DNA from: an uncultured Alphaproteobacteria bacterium
Lineage (GTDB): Bacteria; Pseudomonadota; Alphaproteobacteria; Sphingomonadales; Sphingomonadaceae
Direction: 5' to 3'
DNA: 64,000 bases
NCBI GenBank assembly: GCA_963826805.1
Contig: CAWGYE010000004.1
Location: forward strand, 405,571 to 469,570
Positions within the stretch are counted from its first letter, which is position 1. Each line of letters opens with the position of its first letter. The notes beneath the pieces were generated by a model, which was not told where the DNA came from, ran no database searches, and saw nothing but the letters and a program-made list of their open reading frames with translations. Of the stretch, positions 18,202 to 27,308 are shown piece by piece. A program made the translations under genes and the position numbers.

Positions 18202-18917
18202 AGCCGCCGGACCTCGGCCGCCAGCGTGTAGCCGCCGCCCCAGACGGTCTTGATCAGCCTGGGATCGGAGGGGTTGGCCTCGATCTTCTTCCTGAGCCGG
18301 CTGATATGGTTGTCGATGCTGCGCTCGAAGGCGGCGAGCTCGCGGCCCTGGGTGAGGTCGAGCAACTGCTCGCGGGTGAGCACCCGGCGCGGATGGGTGA
18401 CGAAGGCGTGGAGCAGATTGTACTCGCCGGTCGAGAGCGGAATGGCGACCCCGTCCTCGCCGACCAGCTCGCGCTCGCCGCTCTTCAATATCCACGGCCC
18501 GAAGCCGTAGCGTTCGGTGTCGGGCGCGCGCACCAGGGCGCCATTCTCGCCGGCCCGACGCAGCACCGCCTTGATCCGCGCCAGCAACTCGCGCGGGGAA
18601 AAGGGCTTGGTCACATAGTCGTCGGCGCCGATCTCGAGGCCGATCACCCGGTCCATCTCCTCGGCCCTCGCGGTCAGCAGGATGATCGGGACCTGGGTGG
18701 TGGCGCGGATGAAGCCGGCGAGGCTGAGCCCGTCCTCGCCCGGCATCATCACGTCGAGCAGGACCAGGTCGATCGCATAGGCGGAGAGCATCTGCCGCGC
18801 CGCGGCCGCATTCTCGGCCTTGGTGACGCGGACATTGTTGCGCGTGAGATAGGCGGCCAGCGGGTCGCGGATGTCGCGTTCGTCGTCGACGAGCAAGATG
18901 TGCGGATCGCCGGCCAT
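18198..18917 (-). CDS. OmpR-family response regulator
   Basis: LLVDD, LLDVMMPGEDG, GADDYVTKPF, RSIDNHISRLRKK, TVWGGGY. Confidence 0.95.
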   Translation of the reverse strand: MAGDPHILLVDDERDIRDPLAAYLTRNNVRVTKAENAAAARQMLSAYAIDLVLLDVMMPGEDGLSLAGFIRATTQVPIILLTARAEEMDRVIGLEIGADDYVTKPFSPRELLARIKAVLRRAGENGALVRAPDTERYGFGPWILKSGERELVGEDGVAIPLSTGEYNLLHAFVTHPRRVLTREQLLDLTQGRELAAFERSIDNHISRLRKKIEANPSDPRLIKTVWGGGYTLAAEVRRL

Positions 18918-18965
18918 GAGGGGCGGCTTTTACGGCGGCGGGCGGTCGCCGCGCCAGCCTTTGTG

Positions 18966-18990
18966 TGTCGCCATTTGTCGTCAATTGTCT
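18966..18990 (-). promoter_or_regulatory. Three (C/A)GACA direct repeats with 10-bp period
   Basis: Minus strand AGACAATTGACGACAAATGGCGACA upstream of the response regulator. Confidence 0.55.
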
Positions 18991-19017
18991 CCCTTCATGT
19001 CAGGCTCCATAAGAGCA

Positions 19018-19290
19018 GGGGTCCGTACTCGATACCGGAGGTGGTGGTGATCGGCCTGAGGAGGCAGCTGGGTAGGAGAGAGCCGAAGGCCGGGCCAGGC
19101 AGCCCGGACGAGGCACTCGACGCCCCCAGCTGCCTCCTCAGGCCGACCGCGAAATGGCGGGCCGTCCTTTGCCGCCCGGACGGCGTCGCTCGATCGGTCA
19201 CGATGTATCCAACATCGCTCCCTCCTCGCTCCTTGCCGGACGACAAATGCCGACCCGTCACGGCCGCCTCCGGTATCGAGTACGGACCCC
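19018..19290. mobile_element. MITE-like or structured non-coding element, 273 bp
   Basis: 33-bp terminal inverted repeats (first 24 bp perfect: GGGGTCCGTACTCGATACCGGAGG), internal perfect 22-bp inverted repeat; no transposase and no clear target duplication. Confidence 0.65.
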
Positions 19291-19294
19291 ATCG

Positions 19295-21046
19295 ATGAGC
19301 GATGCCGCCGATCTCGCCAAAGCCGCTTTGTCGCACGGCGACCTGATCGGCGCCTATGACGCGACCGTCGCGGCGATCGGGTCCGGCGACACATCGAGCG
19401 CGGTCCGCCACTGCCAGGTGCTGGCGCTGGCGCGGATGGGCGACACCGAACGGGCGATGGAGCTGTTCGAGGCCTACGGCCTCGACCGGTCGGCCGACCC
19501 GCACGAGCGCGCCGTGGGCGCGCGCCTGCTGAAGGACCGGGCGCTGGCCGCGGCGCCCGGCGAGCGCCAGTTCGCGCTGGAGCGGGCGTTCGAGGCCTAT
19601 CACGCCATCTATCGGGCGAGCGGCAATTCCTTCCCCGGCATCAACGCCGCCACCCTGGCCCTGCTCGCCGGCCGCGCCGAGCGCGCGCGCGAGCTCGCCG
19701 CGGCCCTGCTCGGCGACGCCAGGGTCGCCGAGGGCGCGGACTATTACATGGCGGTCACCAAGGCCGAGGCGCTGCTGATCCTCGGCGGCACGAAGGACGT
19801 CGCCGCGGTGCTGCGCAGCGCGCCGGTGCGCGGCACGAAGGACCATGGCGCGCGCTCCGGCTCGGCCCGCCAGCTCGCCATGATCGCCGGCCATCTCGGC
19901 ATGAGCGAGGCCGAGCGCAGGAAGCTGCTGGCTCCGCTGGCGCCGCCGAGGACGATGCATTTTTGCGGCCACATGTTCGCCGCGGATGCCGCCGCCGAGG
20001 CGCGGCTCAGGGAGGAGATCGACACCGTGCTGGCGCACGAGGATGTCGGCTTCGCTTATGGCGCGCTCGCCTGCGGCGGCGACCTTTTGATCGCCGAGAC
20101 GGCGCTCGATCGCGGCGTGCCGCTGCAGGTCGTGCTGCCGTTCGACGAAGCGGACTTCCTCGCCCAGTCGGTGCGGCCGGGCGGCGAGGGCTGGGAGGCG
20201 CGCTACCGCCGCTGCCTCGAGCGCGCCGCCGGCGTCGTCCACGCCAGCGACATGGAATATTTCGGCGCCCCCGCCCAATATGGCTATGGCAGCCGGATGG
20301 CGATGGGCATGGCGCGGCTGCGCGCCGCCCATCTCGGCGGCGATGCGGTGCAGGTCGCCATCTGGGACGGCGCCGAATCGAACGGCCCGGCCGGGACCGG
20401 CGCCGACGTCGCCGCCTGGAAGGCGCATGGCGGGCGCAGCCGCGTGATCGCGCCGGGCGACGTCGATCGCGACCTCGTCCGCCCGGCGCCGCGCATGTCG
20501 GGCGGCTACGAGCGCGCGCTCGCCGCGATCCTGTTCACCGACTTCAAGGGCTTCTCGACGCTCAAGGAAAGCGCGCTGCCGGCCTTCTGGGACGGGGTGA
20601 TGCGGGTGGTCGCCGAGGTGCTCGACGCGCACGACGCCGAGGTCGAGTGCCGCAACAGCTGGGGCGATGCGCTCTACGCGGTGACGACGGGCGCGCCGGC
20701 CGCCGCCGAGATCGCGCTCAAGCTGCAGGACCGGCTCGCCAGGTTCGACTATGCCACTTTGGGGCTGGACGGCTCCGGCGGCATGCGGATCGGCGCCCAT
20801 TACGGCCCCGCCTACCGCGCCCAGGATTTGATCACCGGCCGCACCACCTTCTACGGCACCGAGGTCTCCAAGGCGGCCCGCATCGAGCCGGTGACGCCGC
20901 CCGGCGCGGTGTTCGTCACCGAGCCCTTCGCCGCCATCCTCGCGCTCGAGGCCCGGGACCGCTTCCGATGCCGCTATGTCGGCCGCATCCCGCTCGCCAA
21001 GAAGTTCGGCGACTATCCGATGTACCGTTTGAGCCGCCTGGGCTGA
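19295..21046 (+). CDS. TPR-like + SLOG-like + class III nucleotide cyclase fusion
   Basis: Helical N-region (ARLLKD...FPGINAATLALLAG, DUF4071-like); FCGHM...GALACGGDLLIAE...VVLPF (SLOG-like); LFTDFKGFS, WGDA, MRIGAHYGP, AARIEP (cyclase). Confidence 0.8.
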   Translation: MSDAADLAKAALSHGDLIGAYDATVAAIGSGDTSSAVRHCQVLALARMGDTERAMELFEAYGLDRSADPHERAVGARLLKDRALAAAPGERQFALERAFEAYHAIYRASGNSFPGINAATLALLAGRAERARELAAALLGDARVAEGADYYMAVTKAEALLILGGTKDVAAVLRSAPVRGTKDHGARSGSARQLAMIAGHLGMSEAERRKLLAPLAPPRTMHFCGHMFAADAAAEARLREEIDTVLAHEDVGFAYGALACGGDLLIAETALDRGVPLQVVLPFDEADFLAQSVRPGGEGWEARYRRCLERAAGVVHASDMEYFGAPAQYGYGSRMAMGMARLRAAHLGGDAVQVAIWDGAESNGPAGTGADVAAWKAHGGRSRVIAPGDVDRDLVRPAPRMSGGYERALAAILFTDFKGFSTLKESALPAFWDGVMRVVAEVLDAHDAEVECRNSWGDALYAVTTGAPAAAEIALKLQDRLARFDYATLGLDGSGGMRIGAHYGPAYRAQDLITGRTTFYGTEVSKAARIEPVTPPGAVFVTEPFAAILALEARDRFRCRYVGRIPLAKKFGDYPMYRLSRLG

Positions 21047-21054
21047 GCGGACGG

Positions 21055-21085
21055 CAAAAGGGGAGGGGCATTGCCGCCCCTCCCC
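21055..21085 (-). terminator. Intrinsic terminator of the outer membrane protein gene
   Basis: GGGGAGGGGC/GCCCCTCCCC 10-bp stem followed by TTTT on the minus strand. Confidence 0.6.
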
Positions 21086-21112
21086 AAAATGCGGACGAGT
21101 CCGTGGTTCGGC

Positions 21113-21634
21113 TCAGAAGGCGAAGCCGACGCCGGCAACGGCCTGCCAGCGGTCGAAGCCAAGCTCGTAATTGGTGTAGCGGCCCTCCATCCGGAAGAAC
21201 CAGTTGTCGGCCGGCCTGTGCTCGAAGCCGAGGCCGCCGCGAATGCCGTCGAGGTTGGTGCCGCCGAAGCCGTCGACGGTGACGCGGGCGTTCGAATAGC
21301 CTGCGAGGGCGTAGATCAGCGTCTGGTTGTTGACGACGGCGCCGGCGCGCACGCCGGCATAGAGGTCGCGTCCCGCCCTGATGCAGACGCCGATGCTGCA
21401 ATCCTTGGTCGTCGCGTCCGCGGCCTCGATCTGGAAGCCGGCGGCCGCGGCGGTGCCCACCCGGAAGTCCCAGCCGGCGGCGACGCCATAGACGAAGCCG
21501 CTCCCGCTTACGCCGGCGAACTCGGCATGGTCGTAGCCGCCGATGACGCCGACATGGCCGCCGTCGAAATGCTGCCCAAAGGCAGGCGTTGCCGTGGCGG
21601 CCGCAAGCAGGGCCGCAGCATAGATTACACGCAT
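21113..21634 (-). CDS. Outer membrane beta-barrel protein (porin/Omp25-like)
   Basis: Signal peptide, alternating beta-strand pattern, RWQAVAGVGFAF C-terminal Phe. Confidence 0.85.
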   Translation of the reverse strand: MRVIYAAALLAAATATPAFGQHFDGGHVGVIGGYDHAEFAGVSGSGFVYGVAAGWDFRVGTAAAAGFQIEAADATTKDCSIGVCIRAGRDLYAGVRAGAVVNNQTLIYALAGYSNARVTVDGFGGTNLDGIRGGLGFEHRPADNWFFRMEGRYTNYELGFDRWQAVAGVGFAF

Positions 21635-21809
21635 GTCAATATTCTCCTTGGAATCCCCACCCCAAAAACCGAGGATTCACAAGAAATAAGGCGAAGTGTG
21701 GTCGACGAAAAGATTCAGCGACATATTTTAGGAAACTGTCACATTCCGGGCACAGTAATCTGTCCGCCAACCGTCCCAAGCTGGACGGAGAGCCCGCCTT
21801 CGCCAAGGC

Positions 21810-21885
21810 TGGTGAGCCGGACAGGGATCGAACCTGTGACCTGCTGATTAAAAGTCAGCTGCTCTACCGACTGAGCTACCGGCCC
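21810..21885 (-). tRNA. tRNA-Lys (TTT)
   Basis: 76 nt GGGCCGGTAGCTCAGTCGGTAGAGCAGCTGACTTTTAATCAGCAGGTCACAGGTTCGATCCCTGTCCGGCTCACCA; cloverleaf with encoded CCA. Confidence 0.97.
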
Positions 21886-22370
21886 ACCCCGCCCGCGCTA
21901 GCCACGGGGCGGGGCGCGGTCAACCGGGCGAGCAGCTGGCGCACGGTCGCGCCGGTCAGCGGGTCGCGCCAGCCCGGCACCAGCTCGGCGAGCGGGGCGA
22001 GGACGAACAGGCGCTGACGGAAGGCGGGATGGGGGACGATGGGCCCCGGCCCGCCCCAGGCGCCGCCCGACCACAGGATGATGTCGAGATCGAGCACCCG
22101 CGGCCCCCAGCGCCGCCCGCCGCGTCGGCCGAAGGCGTGCTCGAGCGCCTTCAGCTCGGCGAGCAGCGCGTCCGGCTCCTGGTCGGTCGCGACGATCGCG
22201 ACGGCATTGGCGAAGCTGCGGCCGGCGGGGCCGAGCGCCGGCGTCGCGCGGATCGCCGAGGCCGCGGCGGGACGGAGCGCGGCGAGCGCGGCGCGCAGCG
22301 TCTCCGCCGGCCCGCCGTGGCGGCTGCGCCGGTTCGAGCCCAGGGCGATCGCATAGCTTGTCCGCGCCAT
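21876..22370 (-). CDS. folK: HPPK (folate pathway pyrophosphokinase)
   Basis: IALGSN, FANAV, WGPRVLDLDII, VPHP, FVLAPL; 3' end overlaps the tRNA and its TTGACC-N17-TAG promoter. Confidence 0.92.
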   Translation of the reverse strand: MARTSYAIALGSNRRSRHGGPAETLRAALAALRPAAASAIRATPALGPAGRSFANAVAIVATDQEPDALLAELKALEHAFGRRGGRRWGPRVLDLDIILWSGGAWGGPGPIVPHPAFRQRLFVLAPLAELVPGWRDPLTGATVRQLLARLTAPRPVASAGGVGR

Positions 22371-22393
22371 CAGCGACCGCCTAGACGCTAATC

Positions 22394-23050
22394 ATGGCCC
22401 TCGAAAGCCCGCTCCCCGAAGCCGAAGCGCCGCGCGACTGCCCCTTGTGCCCGCGGCTCGCTTGCTTCCGGCAGGAGATGCGGGCCGCGCATCCGGATTG
22501 GTGGAACGCGCCGGTGCCCGCCTTCGGCGACCGCGGCGCCTGGCTCGCCATCGTCGGGCTGGCGCCCGGCATGCGGGGCGCCAACCGCACCGGGCGGCCG
22601 TTCACCGGCGACCATGCCGGTTTCCTGCTCTACGAGACGCTGCTGAAGTTCGGCCTGGCCGAGGGCACCTACGGGCAGCGGCTCGACGACGGGCTGCGGC
22701 TCAAGGGCAGCATCGTCCTCAATTCGGTCAAATGCCTGCCGCCGCAGAACAAGCCGCTGCCGGCCGAGATCGCCGCGTGCCGGCGCCATTACGAAGCCGC
22801 GCTCGCGCTGCTGCCGAACGTGACGGTGCTGGTCGCGCTCGGGCAGATCGCGCACGGCTCGGCGGTGCGCAGCGCCGGCGGGAAGCTCTCCCGATACCCG
22901 TTCGGCCACCTCGCCGAGCATCGCCTGCCCGACGGCCGCGTGCTGATCGATAGCTACCATTGCTCGCGCTACAACCAGAATACGGGGCGGCTGACGCGGG
23001 CGATGTTCGAGGCGGTGTTCGCCCGCGCGCTGGCGGTCAGCGGCCGCTAG
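22394..23050 (+). CDS. Uracil-DNA glycosylase (family 4/5)
   Basis: CPLCPRL, GLAPGMRGANRTGRPFTGD, KCLPPQNKP, YHCSRYN. Confidence 0.92.
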   Translation: MALESPLPEAEAPRDCPLCPRLACFRQEMRAAHPDWWNAPVPAFGDRGAWLAIVGLAPGMRGANRTGRPFTGDHAGFLLYETLLKFGLAEGTYGQRLDDGLRLKGSIVLNSVKCLPPQNKPLPAEIAACRRHYEAALALLPNVTVLVALGQIAHGSAVRSAGGKLSRYPFGHLAEHRLPDGRVLIDSYHCSRYNQNTGRLTRAMFEAVFARALAVSGR

Positions 23051-23447
23051 CGTTCGCCACGGCGTCCGGCAGCTCCGCGTCCCGCGCGGCGGCCTCCTCC
23101 TCGGCGGCGCGGTCGAGATCGGCCTGGTGCTCGGTGACGCTGGCCGGCCTGCTCCGCGCCGCCGCCCACGGGTTCATTCGGATGCAATGGCCGCTGAGAT
23201 TGCCGCACTGGCGGATTTCGCCGCTATGGGTGTCGAGGACGACGATGATCGCTTCGTCGTCCCTGAGGTTCGCCGCCTGCGGGTCGTTCGAGCGGGCGAC
23301 ATCGGCGAGCCGCTCCCACAATTCCCCCGCCGAGTAGATGCCGATCCCCTGAAAGCGGCCGCCCTGGTCTGGGGCCGCATTGTGCGCCGGCATCGCGCCG
23401 CAGCCGGCGAGCGAGGCGGTGAGGGCGAGCAAGCGAGGGACGCGCAT
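23037..23447 (-). CDS. Hypothetical lipoprotein
   Basis: GGAGG RBS; LAGC lipobox; RQCGNLSGHC Cys pair. Confidence 0.7.
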   Translation of the reverse strand: MRVPRLLALTASLAGCGAMPAHNAAPDQGGRFQGIGIYSAGELWERLADVARSNDPQAANLRDDEAIIVVLDTHSGEIRQCGNLSGHCIRMNPWAAARSRPASVTEHQADLDRAAEEEAAARDAELPDAVANASGR

Positions 23448-23492
23448 GGGCACCTCCGTGGAGGTTGTTTTACCACCCGGCCGGTAGACAAT

Positions 23493-24338
23493 CTAGATGT
23501 CTTCGGTCAGCCGTCCGTAAAGGTCCGGCCGGCGGTCGCGGAAGAAGCCGAAGGCGGCGCGGTGACGCTTCGCCGCGTCGAGGTCGAGCGTGGCGACGAG
23601 CGCGCCGGTCTCGGTCGCGCCATATTCGGCGAGCATGTCGCCGCGCTCGTCGCAGATGAAGCTGTGGCCGTAGAAGCTCTGGCCGCACTCGTCGCCGATC
23701 CGGTTGGCGGCGACCACCGGGACGACGTTCGACACCGCATGGCCGATCATCGCCCGCCGCCACAGCCGGCTGGTGTCGAGCCCGGGGTCGTGCGGCTCGC
23801 TGCCGATCGCGGTCGGATAGAGCAGGAGCTCGGCGCCCATCAGCATCAGCGAGCGGGCGGTCTCGGGGTACCATTGGTCCCAGCAGATGCCGACGCCGAG
23901 CGTCGCGCCGGGCGTCGGCCAGGTGCGGAAGCCGGTATTGCCCGGGCGGAAGTAGAACTTCTCCTGATAGCCCGGCCCGTCGGGGATGTGGCTCTTGCGG
24001 TAGACGCCCATCACCGCGCCCTGGTCGTCGATCATCGCCAGGCTGTTGTAATGATGCGGCCCGTCCGCTTCGAAGAAGCTGGTCGGGATGAAGATCTCGA
24101 GCTCCGCGGCGAGCTTCCGCATCGCCAGCACCGCCGGGTGGGCGTCCACCGGCCGCGCGGTGGCGAACAGTGCCTCGTCCTCGGTCTTGCAGAAATAGGG
24201 GCCTTCGAACAATTCGGGCGGCAGCACCACCTTCGCCCCCTTGCCCGCCGCCTCGCGGACCAGCGCGGAGACGTTGGCGATATTCTCCTCGACATCGTCG
24301 GTGAAGGCGAGCTGCAGCGCGGAAACTGTGAGCTTCAT
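23493..24338 (-). CDS. aguB: N-carbamoylputrescine amidase
   Basis: Nitrilase triad PELF, RKSHIPDGPGYQEKFYF, ICWDQW; PTAIGSEP. Confidence 0.95.
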   Translation of the reverse strand: MKLTVSALQLAFTDDVEENIANVSALVREAAGKGAKVVLPPELFEGPYFCKTEDEALFATARPVDAHPAVLAMRKLAAELEIFIPTSFFEADGPHHYNSLAMIDDQGAVMGVYRKSHIPDGPGYQEKFYFRPGNTGFRTWPTPGATLGVGICWDQWYPETARSLMLMGAELLLYPTAIGSEPHDPGLDTSRLWRRAMIGHAVSNVVPVVAANRIGDECGQSFYGHSFICDERGDMLAEYGATETGALVATLDLDAAKRHRAAFGFFRDRRPDLYGRLTEDI

Positions 24339-25309
24339 GCCGGCACCTGCTGGCTGATGCAGTGGAAGCTGCCGCCCCCGGTCAGGATATGGTCGGCGCG
24401 CAGGCCGGTCGCGGCCCGGCCGGGAAACAGGGCCTGGACCGCCGCGACCGCGGCCTCGTCATTGGCGGCGCCATGTTGCGGCACCACCACCGCCGCATTG
24501 CCGATGTAGAAGTTCATGTAGGAGGCCGGGATGATCTCCTCGCCGCGCCGCACGAGGCCGGGGGAGGGCATCGGCACCACCTCCAGCCCGAAGCGGCGCG
24601 CGCGGGCGGCGGCGTCGCGGTAGACGGCATCGTTCGGGTCGTCGACCTCGGGCTCGGGAATGCAGAGACGGCCGGCGGCGGCGAAGCGCGCGAGATTGTC
24701 GACATGGCCGTCGGTATGGTCATTCATCAGCCCGCTGCCGAGCCACAGCACCCGCTCGATGCCGAGGTCCTCGCGCAGCTTCAGCTCGACGTCGCGGCGC
24801 GAGAGGAAGGGATTGCGGTTGGGATTGAGCAGGCACTGCTCGGTGGTGGCGGCAAGGCCGGTGCCGTCGACGTCGATCGCGCCGCCCTCCAGCACCCAGT
24901 CGGCGCGGCGCACCGCAAGGCCGATGCCCTCGCCGAGCCGCCGCCCGATCGTGTCGTCGCCGGGCAAATCGTACTTGCCGCCCCAGCCGTTGAAGCGGAA
25001 GGAGAGCGCCGCCATCGGCCCCGGCCCCTTGACGAGGATCGGCCCCGTGTCGCGCAGCCAGATGTCCCCGAACGGCTCGGTCACCACGGTCGCGAACGGC
25101 GCCGCGGCTCGCGCCGCCGCGGCGGCCGCCGGGTCGGCCGCGACCAGCCGCACCGCCTCGCCCTTGCCCTCGGCCCACACCGCCCGCGCGAACGCCGCGA
25201 CCTCGGCCTGGGCGGGCGACAGGTCGGCCTCCCACAGGTCGCCATGGCTTGGAAAGCCGATCCACACGAAAGCGTGCGGCGCCCATTCGGGAGGTTGGCG
25301 GTGGGTCAT
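24335..25309 (-). CDS. aguA: Agmatine deiminase family protein
   Basis: PEWAPH, DIWLRDTGP, FNGWGGKY, LEGG, HTDGHVD, SYMNF, GGGSFHCISQQ. Confidence 0.92.
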   Translation of the reverse strand: MTHRQPPEWAPHAFVWIGFPSHGDLWEADLSPAQAEVAAFARAVWAEGKGEAVRLVAADPAAAAAARAAAPFATVVTEPFGDIWLRDTGPILVKGPGPMAALSFRFNGWGGKYDLPGDDTIGRRLGEGIGLAVRRADWVLEGGAIDVDGTGLAATTEQCLLNPNRNPFLSRRDVELKLREDLGIERVLWLGSGLMNDHTDGHVDNLARFAAAGRLCIPEPEVDDPNDAVYRDAAARARRFGLEVVPMPSPGLVRRGEEIIPASYMNFYIGNAAVVVPQHGAANDEAAVAAVQALFPGRAATGLRADHILTGGGSFHCISQQVPA

Positions 25310-25326
25310 TTCGAACCCTCGTCCAC

Positions 25327-25440
25327 AAATCCCCTCCCCTTGATGGGGAGGGGTAGGGGTGGGGTGGACTTGCCGGAAGCGCTCCGGCCGGCATCGCTGC
25401 CACCCCCACCCAACCCTCCCCCATCGAGGGGGAGGGCTTT
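25327..25440. repeat. Family B palindromic element
   Basis: CCCCTCCCCTTGATGGGGAGGGG ... CACCCAACCCTCCCCCATCGAGGGGGAGGGCTTT; right half matches the paaD copy. Confidence 0.9.
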
Positions 25441-25451
25441 AAGCGGCGCGT

Positions 25452-27107
<1,656 letters not shown>

Positions 27108-27188
27108 TGCTCTCCTCACACGCGGGCCGGGGACGCCGCCCTATAGGGCGCGCCTCGCCGGCTCGGCAATCCCGCCCTGCCCGCGGCC

Positions 27189-27221
27189 AAAAGGGGACAG
27201 TTACCGTAACTGTCCCCTTTT
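27189..27221. repeat. GGGGACAGT palindrome (family C)
   Basis: AAAAGGGGACAGTTAC-C-GTAACTGTCCCCTTTT, perfect 16-bp arms between divergent peptidase genes. Confidence 0.9.
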
Positions 27222-27308
27222 CCTTGCGCGCGGCGTCCGGATTCCAGCTAAAGCATTGCAATCGGTGCCCTTCCGGGTCTACAGGCGCGCCGACTCCGGG
27301 GGACAACC

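Noticed and set aside
19045-19054. TGGTGATCGG as an att copy of the tRNA-Lys 3' end
   Set aside because: Only about 6 matching bases and it lies within the element's inverted repeat
23037-23050. Convergent genes both ending in SGR over the palindrome AGCGGCCGCT
   Set aside because: Short GC palindrome in a normal stop-codon overlap; likely chance
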